Virus record (IMG/VR): IMGVR_UViG_3300008110_000717
Location: 1-62,154 of that record
Length of the DNA: 62,154 nucleotides
Strand: one strand, 5' to 3'
From: a virus
Taxonomy: Duplodnaviria; Caudoviricetes
A model generated the notes under the pieces. It had not been told where the DNA came from. It saw only the letters and a program-made list of their open reading frames with translations, and made no database searches. A program made the translations under genes and the position numbers. Below, piece after piece: positions 10,496-19,155 of this stretch (within the stretch, counting starts at the first letter, position 1; each line of letters starts with the position of its first letter).

Positions 10496-10934
10496 TTAAA
10501 TGCTCCTTGCGGTAATCGTCATACCGTTCAATCATTATATGTTTCCATACTTCCGGCATTATTTCTGTTGCCTTTTGCGGCCCAACACAAACATGCACAG
10601 CATACGCAATAATATTACCAACCGCATACCGTAAACCGTGAGCAATTTCTATTCCGTGTTCATCTTTATTTTTTTCATAGTGATTAGCCGTTTGATAGGC
10701 AGACACTACAGAAATCCACATAGGTAAAACTGAGTACTGTATGTTTTGATAAAATTTATTTAAGGGGAGATACACTAAACAAATCATAAACGCATTATTT
10801 ATATTTTCTTCAGGTATTTCTTTATCTTTATCTACCAAATCATCCCAAGCATGTGCTAAATCCACAAACATGCGGTACATGGAAAGCGCGTCTTCATTGC
10901 CCCCAAACCACTCAAGTTTTCCTATTTCTTTCAT
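10488..10934 (-). CDS. Hypothetical protein with DDxxD motif (isoprenoid synthase/prenyltransferase-like)
   Basis: HAWDDLVDKD in a predicted all-helical 148-aa protein; AT-rich; overlaps both neighbours. Confidence 0.45.
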   Translation of the reverse strand: MKEIGKLEWFGGNEDALSMYRMFVDLAHAWDDLVDKDKEIPEENINNAFMICLVYLPLNKFYQNIQYSVLPMWISVVSAYQTANHYEKNKDEHGIEIAHGLRYAVGNIIAYAVHVCVGPQKATEIMPEVWKHIMIERYDDYRKEHLNG

Positions 10935-13513
10935 GCAGGTAAATACTTATCGGCTTTACTGTTAACCGCTACTTTATTTTTACCAACGCTTTTCTTTCTG
11001 GCTTTTTGTACACGATCCATCATTGCATACAGCTTACGAGCACCAGCTTCGGTAGAGCCATTACCAATTTCTGACACAATCCGGGCGGGTACAACGAATT
11101 CACCATCAGCAAGACGAGCGGGCTGACGATCACCAATAGAAGCAGGGATAGAATCACTGACCCCATCACCCGGACCACGCAGTAGACGACCTCCATCAGA
11201 GTACCCTCCTAAATGCGAAATTCCCCCCGACGCCATTGGTTTTACAGGCGGTGGAGGCAGCGCCATAGATGGCGCACCAAAAGCCGCAGGTTGTGTAGCA
11301 GAACCGTATTCAGGAGAATAAAAACCAGCAGAATAAATATTCCCAGAGCTAGTAAACCTTGGTGCATTTATTCCCGGTGCTCCAGCACGGGCTACTGTTG
11401 GGCCAATACCATACGCTTGTGCTTGCCGCGCTACGTTTTGAGAAGCTAATAAAGATGCCAGTTGTGCTTGCTCTGCGCTACCTTGAGAAATGTTGGTACC
11501 TTTTGGCGCATACATCTGTTCAAGCGCAGATAAATTAGTTTGCTTTGCAGGGGCTGTAAACTGCATACCTTGTGCAGCTTTACTCATTTGATCGGCTAAT
11601 ATTTTATTTGAATCTGTATAGTAATTAGTCAGACCAAGTTGTTCCGTGGCGCTTTTAGGAGCCGCTAATGCTCCAGCCAATTGTTGTTGACCAGCAGCAC
11701 CTAACGTAAATTTAGGCGTACCAACACCCGACGTTTGTCCTGTTAGTTTTTGCGTATACAAGTCCGTCCCCATCATTGCTTCTTTAACTTTTTCAGGGGT
11801 TGTTTTCATGCTTGTATATTTATTTAGTTCTTCTGACGTTGGCGCACGTCCAAATGTCTGCCTAAATATATTAGCTACATCCGTGGGTTTAGCTTGGTTT
11901 TTGGGGTCGGCTGCAAATGCTGCTTGTTTAGCAGTTTCGGCGGATTCAGTAGCTGTTTTACCGCGTTGCTCAAAAGCTTTTTGCTGATACGCTGCGACCT
12001 CACCTTTAGCGTTTTTCCCAAAGTAATCACGTACGCCAGCTAAAGTAAAATCTGATTTCATCAAGCTAGCTATCTCTTCGGGTGTAGCGTTACGACCTAA
12101 CATCGCATTTGCTACGCCATTAATACGTTCTGCTGCAATTTTATCTACTACCGCCTTGTTTTCTGGCGTCATTGCTATTTGTTTTTTGTACTGAAATTTA
12201 TTAGTAAAGTAAGGCAAAGATTTAATACTTTTAGCAATGTCCTCTTCAGACCGTTTGTTTCCAGCAACTTTTTGCATATAGTCTGCCGGTACTTCTCCAG
12301 TACCACCCATTCGCTGCCAAATACTTGTTATGTCTTCTGGAGACATAATCTTTTTAGTTTTACCCCAACCTGCGTATTTGGCAGATGTTGTATCTTCCGC
12401 TGGATTTGCACTAGCTTTGCTGGCGTCCATTTGACCGGTGGAGTTGTTATATCCGACTCCACCTGTCGCAAACGAAACAGTTCCACCATCGGCAAATCTT
12501 TGAGCGCCAGTATAGGGGTCAGTTGGGAGATAGCCCGGTGGGTTAATTAAGTTCTCGGATATAGGGCGCTCTGCCGGAGTGGCATAACTTGGCGTTGTTT
12601 GGTTAGCCATTGGGTAGCGCGTGTTTGCCCCAATTGCCGCATTACGCGACATCTCTTCAACGGGAAGACCACCATTACTTAGTGCTAGTAAACCGCCCGT
12701 AGCTGCACGGTATTCAGACCCCGGCGCTTTGTAGGGAGTTCCTGCTGTGTACACGTCTTGGAAGTACCGACCGTAAGCGTCGGGTGTGGAGCTTACATCG
12801 CGCTCTAACGTGTATGGACGAATAAGTCCGGCATTTTTTGCACCGCCGCCTAGTTCTGACATCTTTTCAAGTTGGTCGTAATAACTACCCATAGCAGTGC
12901 TACCTAGCGAAGCCACGCCAGAATAAGGCGTTTGCCCCATACCTGCCATAAATGCTGAACGACCACCTTCTGTACCTAGTGCTTTAAAGCCTTCAAATGC
13001 TGTGCTTAACGGATTTGCTGCTGCGGCAGCAGCAGGAGCAGCGGTAGCGGCATTACTTGCAATAATTGGAGCATATCCAGCAGCACCAGCCGCAGCAGGA
13101 GCGGCAGCAGCACCAGCAGCACCAGCAGCACCAGCAGCACCCGCACCGGCAGCACCCGCACCGGCAGCAGTCAACCCACCCATTAGTCCAGCGCCGCCAT
13201 AAGCACCCAAGCCCATCATTAGACCTTTACCCAAACTGCCGGTGGCTAATGTTCCAGCTCCACCCACCATCAAAGCTGCCATAGGGGCACCAACGCCTGT
13301 TGCAGTCAAAGCCGCACCGGCTATCATAGGAAGAATAGACGATAGGAACCCGGCTTCAGGCAAACCTGTTTGTGGGTTTATAGTCAGGGAGCCACCGTGC
13401 GCCATAGCAAGTGCTTGCAAACCATGCACCTCTTTTGGGGTCATGTGAACGAGCATTTTGTCGTCGCCGCGTCCAGCGGTTTGCATTTGTTGGGCTAAGG
13501 TATGAAGGCTCAT
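10931..13513 (-). CDS. Internal virion/ejection protein
   Basis: N-terminal GRGDDKMLVHMTPKEV..NPQTGLPE, Gly/Ala hydrophobic tract, C-terminal GPGDGVSDSIPA..RLADGEFVVPA domain. Confidence 0.7.
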   Translation of the reverse strand: MSLHTLAQQMQTAGRGDDKMLVHMTPKEVHGLQALAMAHGGSLTINPQTGLPEAGFLSSILPMIAGAALTATGVGAPMAALMVGGAGTLATGSLGKGLMMGLGAYGGAGLMGGLTAAGAGAAGAGAAGAAGAAGAAAAPAAAGAAGYAPIIASNAATAAPAAAAAANPLSTAFEGFKALGTEGGRSAFMAGMGQTPYSGVASLGSTAMGSYYDQLEKMSELGGGAKNAGLIRPYTLERDVSSTPDAYGRYFQDVYTAGTPYKAPGSEYRAATGGLLALSNGGLPVEEMSRNAAIGANTRYPMANQTTPSYATPAERPISENLINPPGYLPTDPYTGAQRFADGGTVSFATGGVGYNNSTGQMDASKASANPAEDTTSAKYAGWGKTKKIMSPEDITSIWQRMGGTGEVPADYMQKVAGNKRSEEDIAKSIKSLPYFTNKFQYKKQIAMTPENKAVVDKIAAERINGVANAMLGRNATPEEIASLMKSDFTLAGVRDYFGKNAKGEVAAYQQKAFEQRGKTATESAETAKQAAFAADPKNQAKPTDVANIFRQTFGRAPTSEELNKYTSMKTTPEKVKEAMMGTDLYTQKLTGQTSGVGTPKFTLGAAGQQQLAGALAAPKSATEQLGLTNYYTDSNKILADQMSKAAQGMQFTAPAKQTNLSALEQMYAPKGTNISQGSAEQAQLASLLASQNVARQAQAYGIGPTVARAGAPGINAPRFTSSGNIYSAGFYSPEYGSATQPAAFGAPSMALPPPPVKPMASGGISHLGGYSDGGRLLRGPGDGVSDSIPASIGDRQPARLADGEFVVPARIVSEIGNGSTEAGARKLYAMMDRVQKARKKSVGKNKVAVNSKADKYLPA

Positions 13514-13549
13514 GGCGCACCTTTAGAAAATTCTGTCAATGGTATCACG

Positions 13550-14287
13550 CTAGGTTGCGGATACAAACGTCATTGTGGCTACCACCGAAGCGGTAGAGGG
13601 TTTAGTTGGAAGCGGAGTGGCTACATAACTAGGTATTGTCACATTTACACCATCTGTAGACCACCAAATTTCAATATAATCTCCAGCGTTCATAGATAAA
13701 AAATAGTTCCATCCTTTGATGTCATGCGATGGGTCATTGACCGCTTTTCGTGCTGGCATACCTACTTTACCTGTTGACCCTGTAATGTCCGTTCCATTTT
13801 GTCGCAACCAAATATAAACATCGTCCGGCGCATTATCTTCATTTTCAATTTGAACACTAAACTGCAAGTTATATATGCCGGGATACGTCACCAACATTTT
13901 GGTTGTATCAACTACTGAAACTTCGTTAGAAAAATCAGTAGTGTTAAAAAATAACGCATAAGCAGTTGCGGGTACTAACGCAGCTTGTTTACCTACTGCC
14001 GCATCCCCAGATAAATGTGAAGCAGCCGTAGTACCTAAAGCCCCACGCACACACCCGGTAAACGATGTTGGTGTTGTACCCGTGTAGGTTATCGTTTCAT
14101 TATTAATGTAAAAAGCTTTGGGTGCACCAACTGTAGCTGTTGGAAACGATGCAGTAGAAACTACAGGTATGGTTGTTACGGCATTATTAATACCCGCAGT
14201 TAACGTTGTTGCTGAAAAACAAGAAAACGCGCCATAGGGCACGATTAACCCTGCGCTTATATTCTGCGGGAAAAACGTTATCGTCAT
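13550..14287 (-). CDS. Virion structural protein (C1q-like beta C-terminal domain plus inserted beta domain)
   Basis: YGAF...GIYNLQFSVQ...AGDYIEIWW pattern. Confidence 0.55.
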   Translation of the reverse strand: MTITFFPQNISAGLIVPYGAFSCFSATTLTAGINNAVTTIPVVSTASFPTATVGAPKAFYINNETITYTGTTPTSFTGCVRGALGTTAASHLSGDAAVGKQAALVPATAYALFFNTTDFSNEVSVVDTTKMLVTYPGIYNLQFSVQIENEDNAPDDVYIWLRQNGTDITGSTGKVGMPARKAVNDPSHDIKGWNYFLSMNAGDYIEIWWSTDGVNVTIPSYVATPLPTKPSTASVVATMTFVSAT

Positions 14288-14622
14288 ACTGCTTCACCAC
14301 CACATGCAATGATTGTGCATCCAGTAGCACTAGCTTTAACCTGCATCGTATCTCCCGGATTTAAAACTATTGATCCTGTCCACTGCATAGTCGTAAATGC
14401 GGGTATTGCGTTGGAGTAAAGCAGCGCGTTGGCTGTGCCTGCTGTTCCACCAGTAGGTACTAAACTTACATAGATATTAACAACAGCCGCAGTCGTATTA
14501 ATTACATCAAAGTCTTTTAAATACGTGCGCGTATCTGCTGGCACCGTGTAGAGCGTAGTGTATCCAGTAGTAATTGCAGTCTGGCCTAGCTTGACAGGAG
14601 TTATGGATTGGTAGTTAGCCAC
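14284..14622 (-). CDS. Small virion structural protein
   Basis: TTLYTVPA...VLNPGDTMQV beta-sandwich pattern common in phage tail modules. Confidence 0.6.
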   Translation of the reverse strand: MANYQSITPVKLGQTAITTGYTTLYTVPADTRTYLKDFDVINTTAAVVNIYVSLVPTGGTAGTANALLYSNAIPAFTTMQWTGSIVLNPGDTMQVKASATGCTIIACGGEAV

Positions 14623-14866
14623 TAAAGAATCCCCCGCTATTGTTCAACCAAATCATCGTTTGATTGCGATCAATTTGGTCTTGGTATGGGTCTACCGTAG
14701 CCTCAAGCTGCAACACAAAATTATCTAGTGTGTTGAAGTACAACCGCAAAATATTATTAAGTTGATCTTGATACTGTCGGCTGTATTCTGTCGGCGCAAC
14801 AGGGAGCGCAGGGGTTTTTGTCCGAGTAAGTACAAGCGATTCTGTAGTAACAATTTGTGTTGTCAT
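14615..14866 (-). CDS. Small tail-associated protein
   Basis: PALPVAPTEYSRQYQDQLNNILRLYFNTLD; coupled to neighbours. Confidence 0.6.
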   Translation of the reverse strand: MTTQIVTTESLVLTRTKTPALPVAPTEYSRQYQDQLNNILRLYFNTLDNFVLQLEATVDPYQDQIDRNQTMIWLNNSGGFFSG

Positions 14867-17152
14867 CTATCTTCTACCGTCAGGACGAACATCAAGTCGC
14901 GGTACACCCAACTGCCATTGAGTTCCCAGCGTATCCGAACTTATCTTCAACGCCATCTGCCGACCTCGGATTCTTGTATACACAATCTGCGTAAACTGCT
15001 GCACGTTGTATGTCTTTTGATTTGCGTAAGACTGGGTTGACTCTACCGTTGGGCTTGCACTAGCACCGTAATTTGCGCCGGGGTTTTGCCGTGGCCTAAC
15101 AGTGAATGTAACTTCAGGAAACGCGTTAGGCAACCCAGACATATCTGACCCATCAAACGTAATATCTGGGATAACACGCCACACAAACCCGTAGTTATGT
15201 CCGTCACCAATATCAAAATCAGACGATTGTATGTATGAATTAATTGGCACTACCTGTCCCGTAATTTCTTCATCGTCGGTACCGTTCTCATGGTACACAA
15301 CTGTGTTGTTGTATGTCGCCCCCATAGGGTAATCGCGCAGAGGGGAATCTAGCCAAGCACTACGATCTAATGTGCCGTAATACCAAACTTTGTCCAAGTA
15401 ATTGTAAATAACGTAGCGGTCAGGGCGAGTTGAATTAGCGGAGCAGTAGAACCACCATACTTCACTGTAGCCTTCGTTTGATCCAGCAAAGCACTGAAAC
15501 TGTTGCGACGTATTAATATCATCAAACACATACTGACGAAGCGCGCATGGTAATGTTTCTACGCGACCTGAGTACGCATAGAATTTGTCTTTACCCATCC
15601 AGTACACAATATTGTTAGCCGCTGCAATAGCGTTAGGGCCAATAATAGAAATATTGTTTGATAGAATATTAAAGCCCCAAACAAATGGTGGCCCTAAGTA
15701 CTGCATAGAATACGCAGCAGCATCTGTCAGAATAAATATTTCTTGTCGTGTTTGGATCGCTGTAATGATTTGCGAACCACTACTTAATCTAAAACTACCC
15801 GCTTGATTGGTAGCTGCCGGTGTCCATACTAAATAGTTTTCTTGGTCTGACCAACGAACAAGTAAAGGATCAGATTCCGAAGAACCGTAGTCGTTAGCAC
15901 CAAAAGAAATTACAAACCGCGATGAATCCGACACCATTACAAAAAGTGATGACGATGGGCAGTTTTCGTCTGTTTGGTATGGGCTTTCTTCTAGTATGTA
16001 GGAATCGTCTTCTTGCAATATAGCGAAGTTATTTTCTTGCGCTAATATGGTTAGGTTTGTAGACGAAAGAACTTGCGATCTGTTGTATATTAAATCATTA
16101 CTTGTGGTGTACTCAGGAAGCCACAAATACAAAGCCCCACCGCGAGGGTTGGATATTAAATAGTCGCCATAGTTTGCTTGGCTCCACAAACGTGGGATTT
16201 GTATATCCTGTGACTGTCCCCATCCACGGAAAGTCAATGTGGAGTAAACAACCGTTCCTGCGCTATGGGATTGCTCTGACAAGATAAGTGAACCATCTTC
16301 TTGCAGGATGTCGTAATTATTTTCTTGTGCAAGCGCAAGTGCCGTAGCGTCAGTATTTTCGTACCCTCGGATACACCCTAAAAACTGAGTTGAGTTTTTA
16401 GACGAATAGAAAATTAACTCGCCATCAATTTGAATTATGCCGCTTGCTGGGAACAAGTTTGTTGTGACTACGTTTATTGTGGTTTGTACAGAGTTAACTG
16501 AGCTGGTTAAGTAGGTGTTGTTTGCACCGTATGTTTGCCCACCCCAAAGCCCCGCACCCCATCCAGTTTGCGAACCAAAAATCTCAAAGCCAACATTAAT
16601 TTGGTACTCAGCGTACGTGTTAGGGCCGCCGTCTCCAGTGTCTGAGCCATCAGCTAATACACCCACATCAATGGTGTAGGTGTTTGGGTCTAAATAAGTA
16701 ACAACGTATTCTTGATTTAATACCGCAGCAGTTATGTTGCCACCCAAAGACTGCGCATCAAAGAAAGTTACCGAGTCGCCGGGCCTTACGCCATTGGCTA
16801 CGTTAGTAACGGTTATGATGCTTGACCCCGGCGTTGCTGCAAATGTTACCGTCCCCGGTATCGTATCTTCACGAAGTGGTGTAACGTCGTTGTACACCCC
16901 GCCGTTCTCAATGTAGTACTTGGTGTTTGTGCCTACGGCTACTAAGTTGTAACCCTCGGTGGTAATCCAGTTCCAAAGTGAACGCGCAACACCGTCATAG
17001 GTATATGGTGCAATTGGAACCCAGCCGCCTAACTTTTGTGGGTAGCCTGAACGAAAACGAATCTTGTCGCACTCAAACCAACCACCCTCATTAGCAAGGG
17101 TAGTGCCTTCGCGGTTAACACCGGGGCGAAATTGGAGTAGCTGTAATGGCAT
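14867..17152 (-). CDS. Tail nozzle / DNA-stabilisation protein (P22 gp10 / tubular protein B-like)
   Basis: 761 aa, beta-rich with WSDQE and WYYGTLDRSAW repeats, C-terminal RIRGRQ..WQLGVPRLDVRPDGRR; position before ejection genes. Confidence 0.7.
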   Translation of the reverse strand: MPLQLLQFRPGVNREGTTLANEGGWFECDKIRFRSGYPQKLGGWVPIAPYTYDGVARSLWNWITTEGYNLVAVGTNTKYYIENGGVYNDVTPLREDTIPGTVTFAATPGSSIITVTNVANGVRPGDSVTFFDAQSLGGNITAAVLNQEYVVTYLDPNTYTIDVGVLADGSDTGDGGPNTYAEYQINVGFEIFGSQTGWGAGLWGGQTYGANNTYLTSSVNSVQTTINVVTTNLFPASGIIQIDGELIFYSSKNSTQFLGCIRGYENTDATALALAQENNYDILQEDGSLILSEQSHSAGTVVYSTLTFRGWGQSQDIQIPRLWSQANYGDYLISNPRGGALYLWLPEYTTSNDLIYNRSQVLSSTNLTILAQENNFAILQEDDSYILEESPYQTDENCPSSSLFVMVSDSSRFVISFGANDYGSSESDPLLVRWSDQENYLVWTPAATNQAGSFRLSSGSQIITAIQTRQEIFILTDAAAYSMQYLGPPFVWGFNILSNNISIIGPNAIAAANNIVYWMGKDKFYAYSGRVETLPCALRQYVFDDINTSQQFQCFAGSNEGYSEVWWFYCSANSTRPDRYVIYNYLDKVWYYGTLDRSAWLDSPLRDYPMGATYNNTVVYHENGTDDEEITGQVVPINSYIQSSDFDIGDGHNYGFVWRVIPDITFDGSDMSGLPNAFPEVTFTVRPRQNPGANYGASASPTVESTQSYANQKTYNVQQFTQIVYTRIRGRQMALKISSDTLGTQWQLGVPRLDVRPDGRR

Positions 17153-17154
17153 TT

Positions 17155-17634
17155 TTACCCACCTAAGTACAAAGCACGTTCATCCTTGCGGCGGTTCTCT
17201 AATCCTCTTAGGACTTTGCCCCCGGCTTTGCAATACTTTAAAAATTCGTCTGCTGCACCCGCGTAATCGCCTCGGTTATGCTTTTGTCTGAGAGTACTAC
17301 GCTGTAAAGTGCCTAACCCTAAGTTAAAGCTGAAGCTAACCAAAGCATCCATATAGCTTTGACGAGCGTTAGCAGCAGGACAATATTTAAGTACCCCACG
17401 TTCAAACCTCTCAAGGTCTTTTGCAAGTATCGCATTCACTTCTTCCATTGTAAACACACGGTTCCAGCCTTCTGGGCAGGGCAAACTTAGTCTGTCTTCA
17501 AACTTTACCTTGGCATGGTTAGGATCAATTACATGACCCACGCCGATTGTCCAAAGTCGGGCAGGGCAACGGTATGGCTTTAATCGCAAACCTTCATGGT
17601 GCGAAATCATCTTTAAAGCCTTTGGGCTTATCAT
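17155..17634 (-). CDS. Endolysin, GH24 lysozyme
   Basis: E-x8-C-x5-T triad (HEGLRLKPYRCPARLWT), DALVSFSFNLG, GLENRRKDE. Confidence 0.9.
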   Translation of the reverse strand: MISPKALKMISHHEGLRLKPYRCPARLWTIGVGHVIDPNHAKVKFEDRLSLPCPEGWNRVFTMEEVNAILAKDLERFERGVLKYCPAANARQSYMDALVSFSFNLGLGTLQRSTLRQKHNRGDYAGAADEFLKYCKAGGKVLRGLENRRKDERALYLGG

Positions 17635-18146
17635 TTGCCAAACGCCCTGCCGCCAAAATGAAACGCAATAATCGAAGCGAACAATGCCTGAGTCTCATTA
17701 TCCCAAAGCTGATCAGCCAATACAGTAAACTCTACTCCGCTTGTAATCCCTTTGTAAGCCAAGGTTGCGTCAATAGCCACTAACAAGAAGAAGAATCCAT
17801 AGGTAATAACAGGGCGCACACTCGCACGGAGGTCTTTCATCCACTGGGACGTACCCTCAGAAAGTGCCGCATCATGGGCGTAGATGGCCTGCATCTCAGC
17901 CTTTTGGGCGTCGATTAGAGAAACCTTTTCCTCAGATTGTGTCTGGGTTTTAATCTCATCTAGTTTGATAGCCTCGATCTGCTGCTGTGCCACGTACCCT
18001 GCGGCTGCTAGTTGCAGCTCACGCTCGGTCTGCATCTGGGCTAGTTTTAGCTCATGGGACTTGTCTGCCCTGTCTTGAAATAGATCAAGTATCTTGGGTA
18101 GACCACCCATCAAGAACGACACCAATGTTGAAAAGATTGTCAGCAT
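17631..18146 (-). CDS. Holin-like membrane protein (3TM type)
   Basis: LRASVRPVITY, hydrophobic segments, FHFGGR end; adjacent to endolysin. Confidence 0.7.
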   Translation of the reverse strand: MLTIFSTLVSFLMGGLPKILDLFQDRADKSHELKLAQMQTERELQLAAAGYVAQQQIEAIKLDEIKTQTQSEEKVSLIDAQKAEMQAIYAHDAALSEGTSQWMKDLRASVRPVITYGFFFLLVAIDATLAYKGITSGVEFTVLADQLWDNETQALFASIIAFHFGGRAFGK

Positions 18147-18439
18147 TACTCACCCCGTAGTTCAATTAATATCTTGGCGCGTAACTCACGCATCTTTTTT
18201 ATCTCTTGCATGGCGGCATTCGTTGCGTTATTCATGTCCATATACATGATCCCCATGACAGGCAGCGCAACTATCAACACAAGACACATGACCAGAAGGG
18301 CAATGAGTAAAGCCCACGGTACGTGTGGCTCGTCCTTATCAGAATCATTACGCATAGGAACCACACTAGTATGAAAACTACCGCGAGAATTGACGTCATC
18401 TGCTCCGCGATTTTTCTTTTTATATTTTCCCGTCGCCAT
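18146..18439 (-). CDS. Single-TM membrane protein in the lysis region
   Basis: Long hydrophobic stretch followed by a coiled coil; start uncertain. Confidence 0.5.
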   Translation of the reverse strand: MATGKYKKKNRGADDVNSRGSFHTSVVPMRNDSDKDEPHVPWALLIALLVMCLVLIVALPVMGIMYMDMNNATNAAMQEIKKMRELRAKILIELRGE

Positions 18440-18879
18440 CTGGTTGCCTGTTGTTTCTTCAGTTCTTGGCGTTGGATTTCAGCACGTTCTTCCTTGATCC
18501 TTTCACGCATCACTTCAAACTCAGACCATACAGCACCTAATTCTGGCGGGGCTTGATATACCAGCATCTCACGTAACTCTGTCTCTAACCGCAGCATTTC
18601 CTTTTGAGCCAATACTCGGTTAAACGCTTCTTGGTTTAACGATGTGTCCGATGCTTTACTACTCTTTAGTTCTTGCTCATGTACATGTTTCTCAAGCGTC
18701 TCATGCGCGTTAAAGAAGTTTCCAAGGTGTTTACTTAGGTCTGCAACAACATCCTTGGCTTGACCGTAAGCATCGACCAACTCCATACCCTGCGCTTTGT
18801 ACTCTTGGTAAAGCTCGCAGCCTTTACGTACAGCAGCGGCAGCAGTTTTAGCAGCAGCAAGCAGGGTAAGGGGGTCAAT
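18274..18879 (-). CDS. Coiled-coil protein with C-terminal TM segment, probable ATT start
   Basis: Frame open from ATT at 18879 (IDPLTLLAAAKTAAAAVRKG...), GGAG 6 nt upstream; the track starts it at 18786. Confidence 0.6.
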   Translation of the reverse strand: MDPLTLLAAAKTAAAAVRKGCELYQEYKAQGMELVDAYGQAKDVVADLSKHLGNFFNAHETLEKHVHEQELKSSKASDTSLNQEAFNRVLAQKEMLRLETELREMLVYQAPPELGAVWSEFEVMRERIKEERAEIQRQELKKQQATRWRRENIKRKIAEQMTSILAVVFILVWFLCVMILIRTSHTYRGLYSLPFWSCVLC

Positions 18880-18882
18880 GGT

Positions 18883-19155
18883 TTACTCCGGTACTGGAAG
18901 CGTAGGTGCTACGGGTGGGACAAATTCAACGTAGTTAGGGTCAACTGACCAGTCTGTACCATTAAATAAATACTTGCACCCAAACCAATCACTAGGCGGC
19001 GTTACATTCTCAAATAACGTGGTGTTTGAAATATTGCAGTCAGAAATAAAAAATTTAGGTGGGTATCCAACTTGGATAAAGCTGTCCTCCATTTTTACAT
19101 ATTCGTTATCTTCAAACACATACAAAGAAACGCCGTTTTTTATTAAAGTTTTCAC
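18883..19155 (-). CDS. Tail fibre assembly/chaperone-like protein
   Basis: Follows a fibre gene; ENVTPPSDWFGCKYLFNGTDW motif. Confidence 0.55.
   Translation of the reverse strand: MKTLIKNGVSLYVFEDNEYVKMEDSFIQVGYPPKFFISDCNISNTTLFENVTPPSDWFGCKYLFNGTDWSVDPNYVEFVPPVAPTLPVPE

Noticed and set aside
13015-13200. Tandem GCA/CCAGCA repeats
   Set aside because: Simply encode the low-complexity Ala/Gly tract of an ejection protein.
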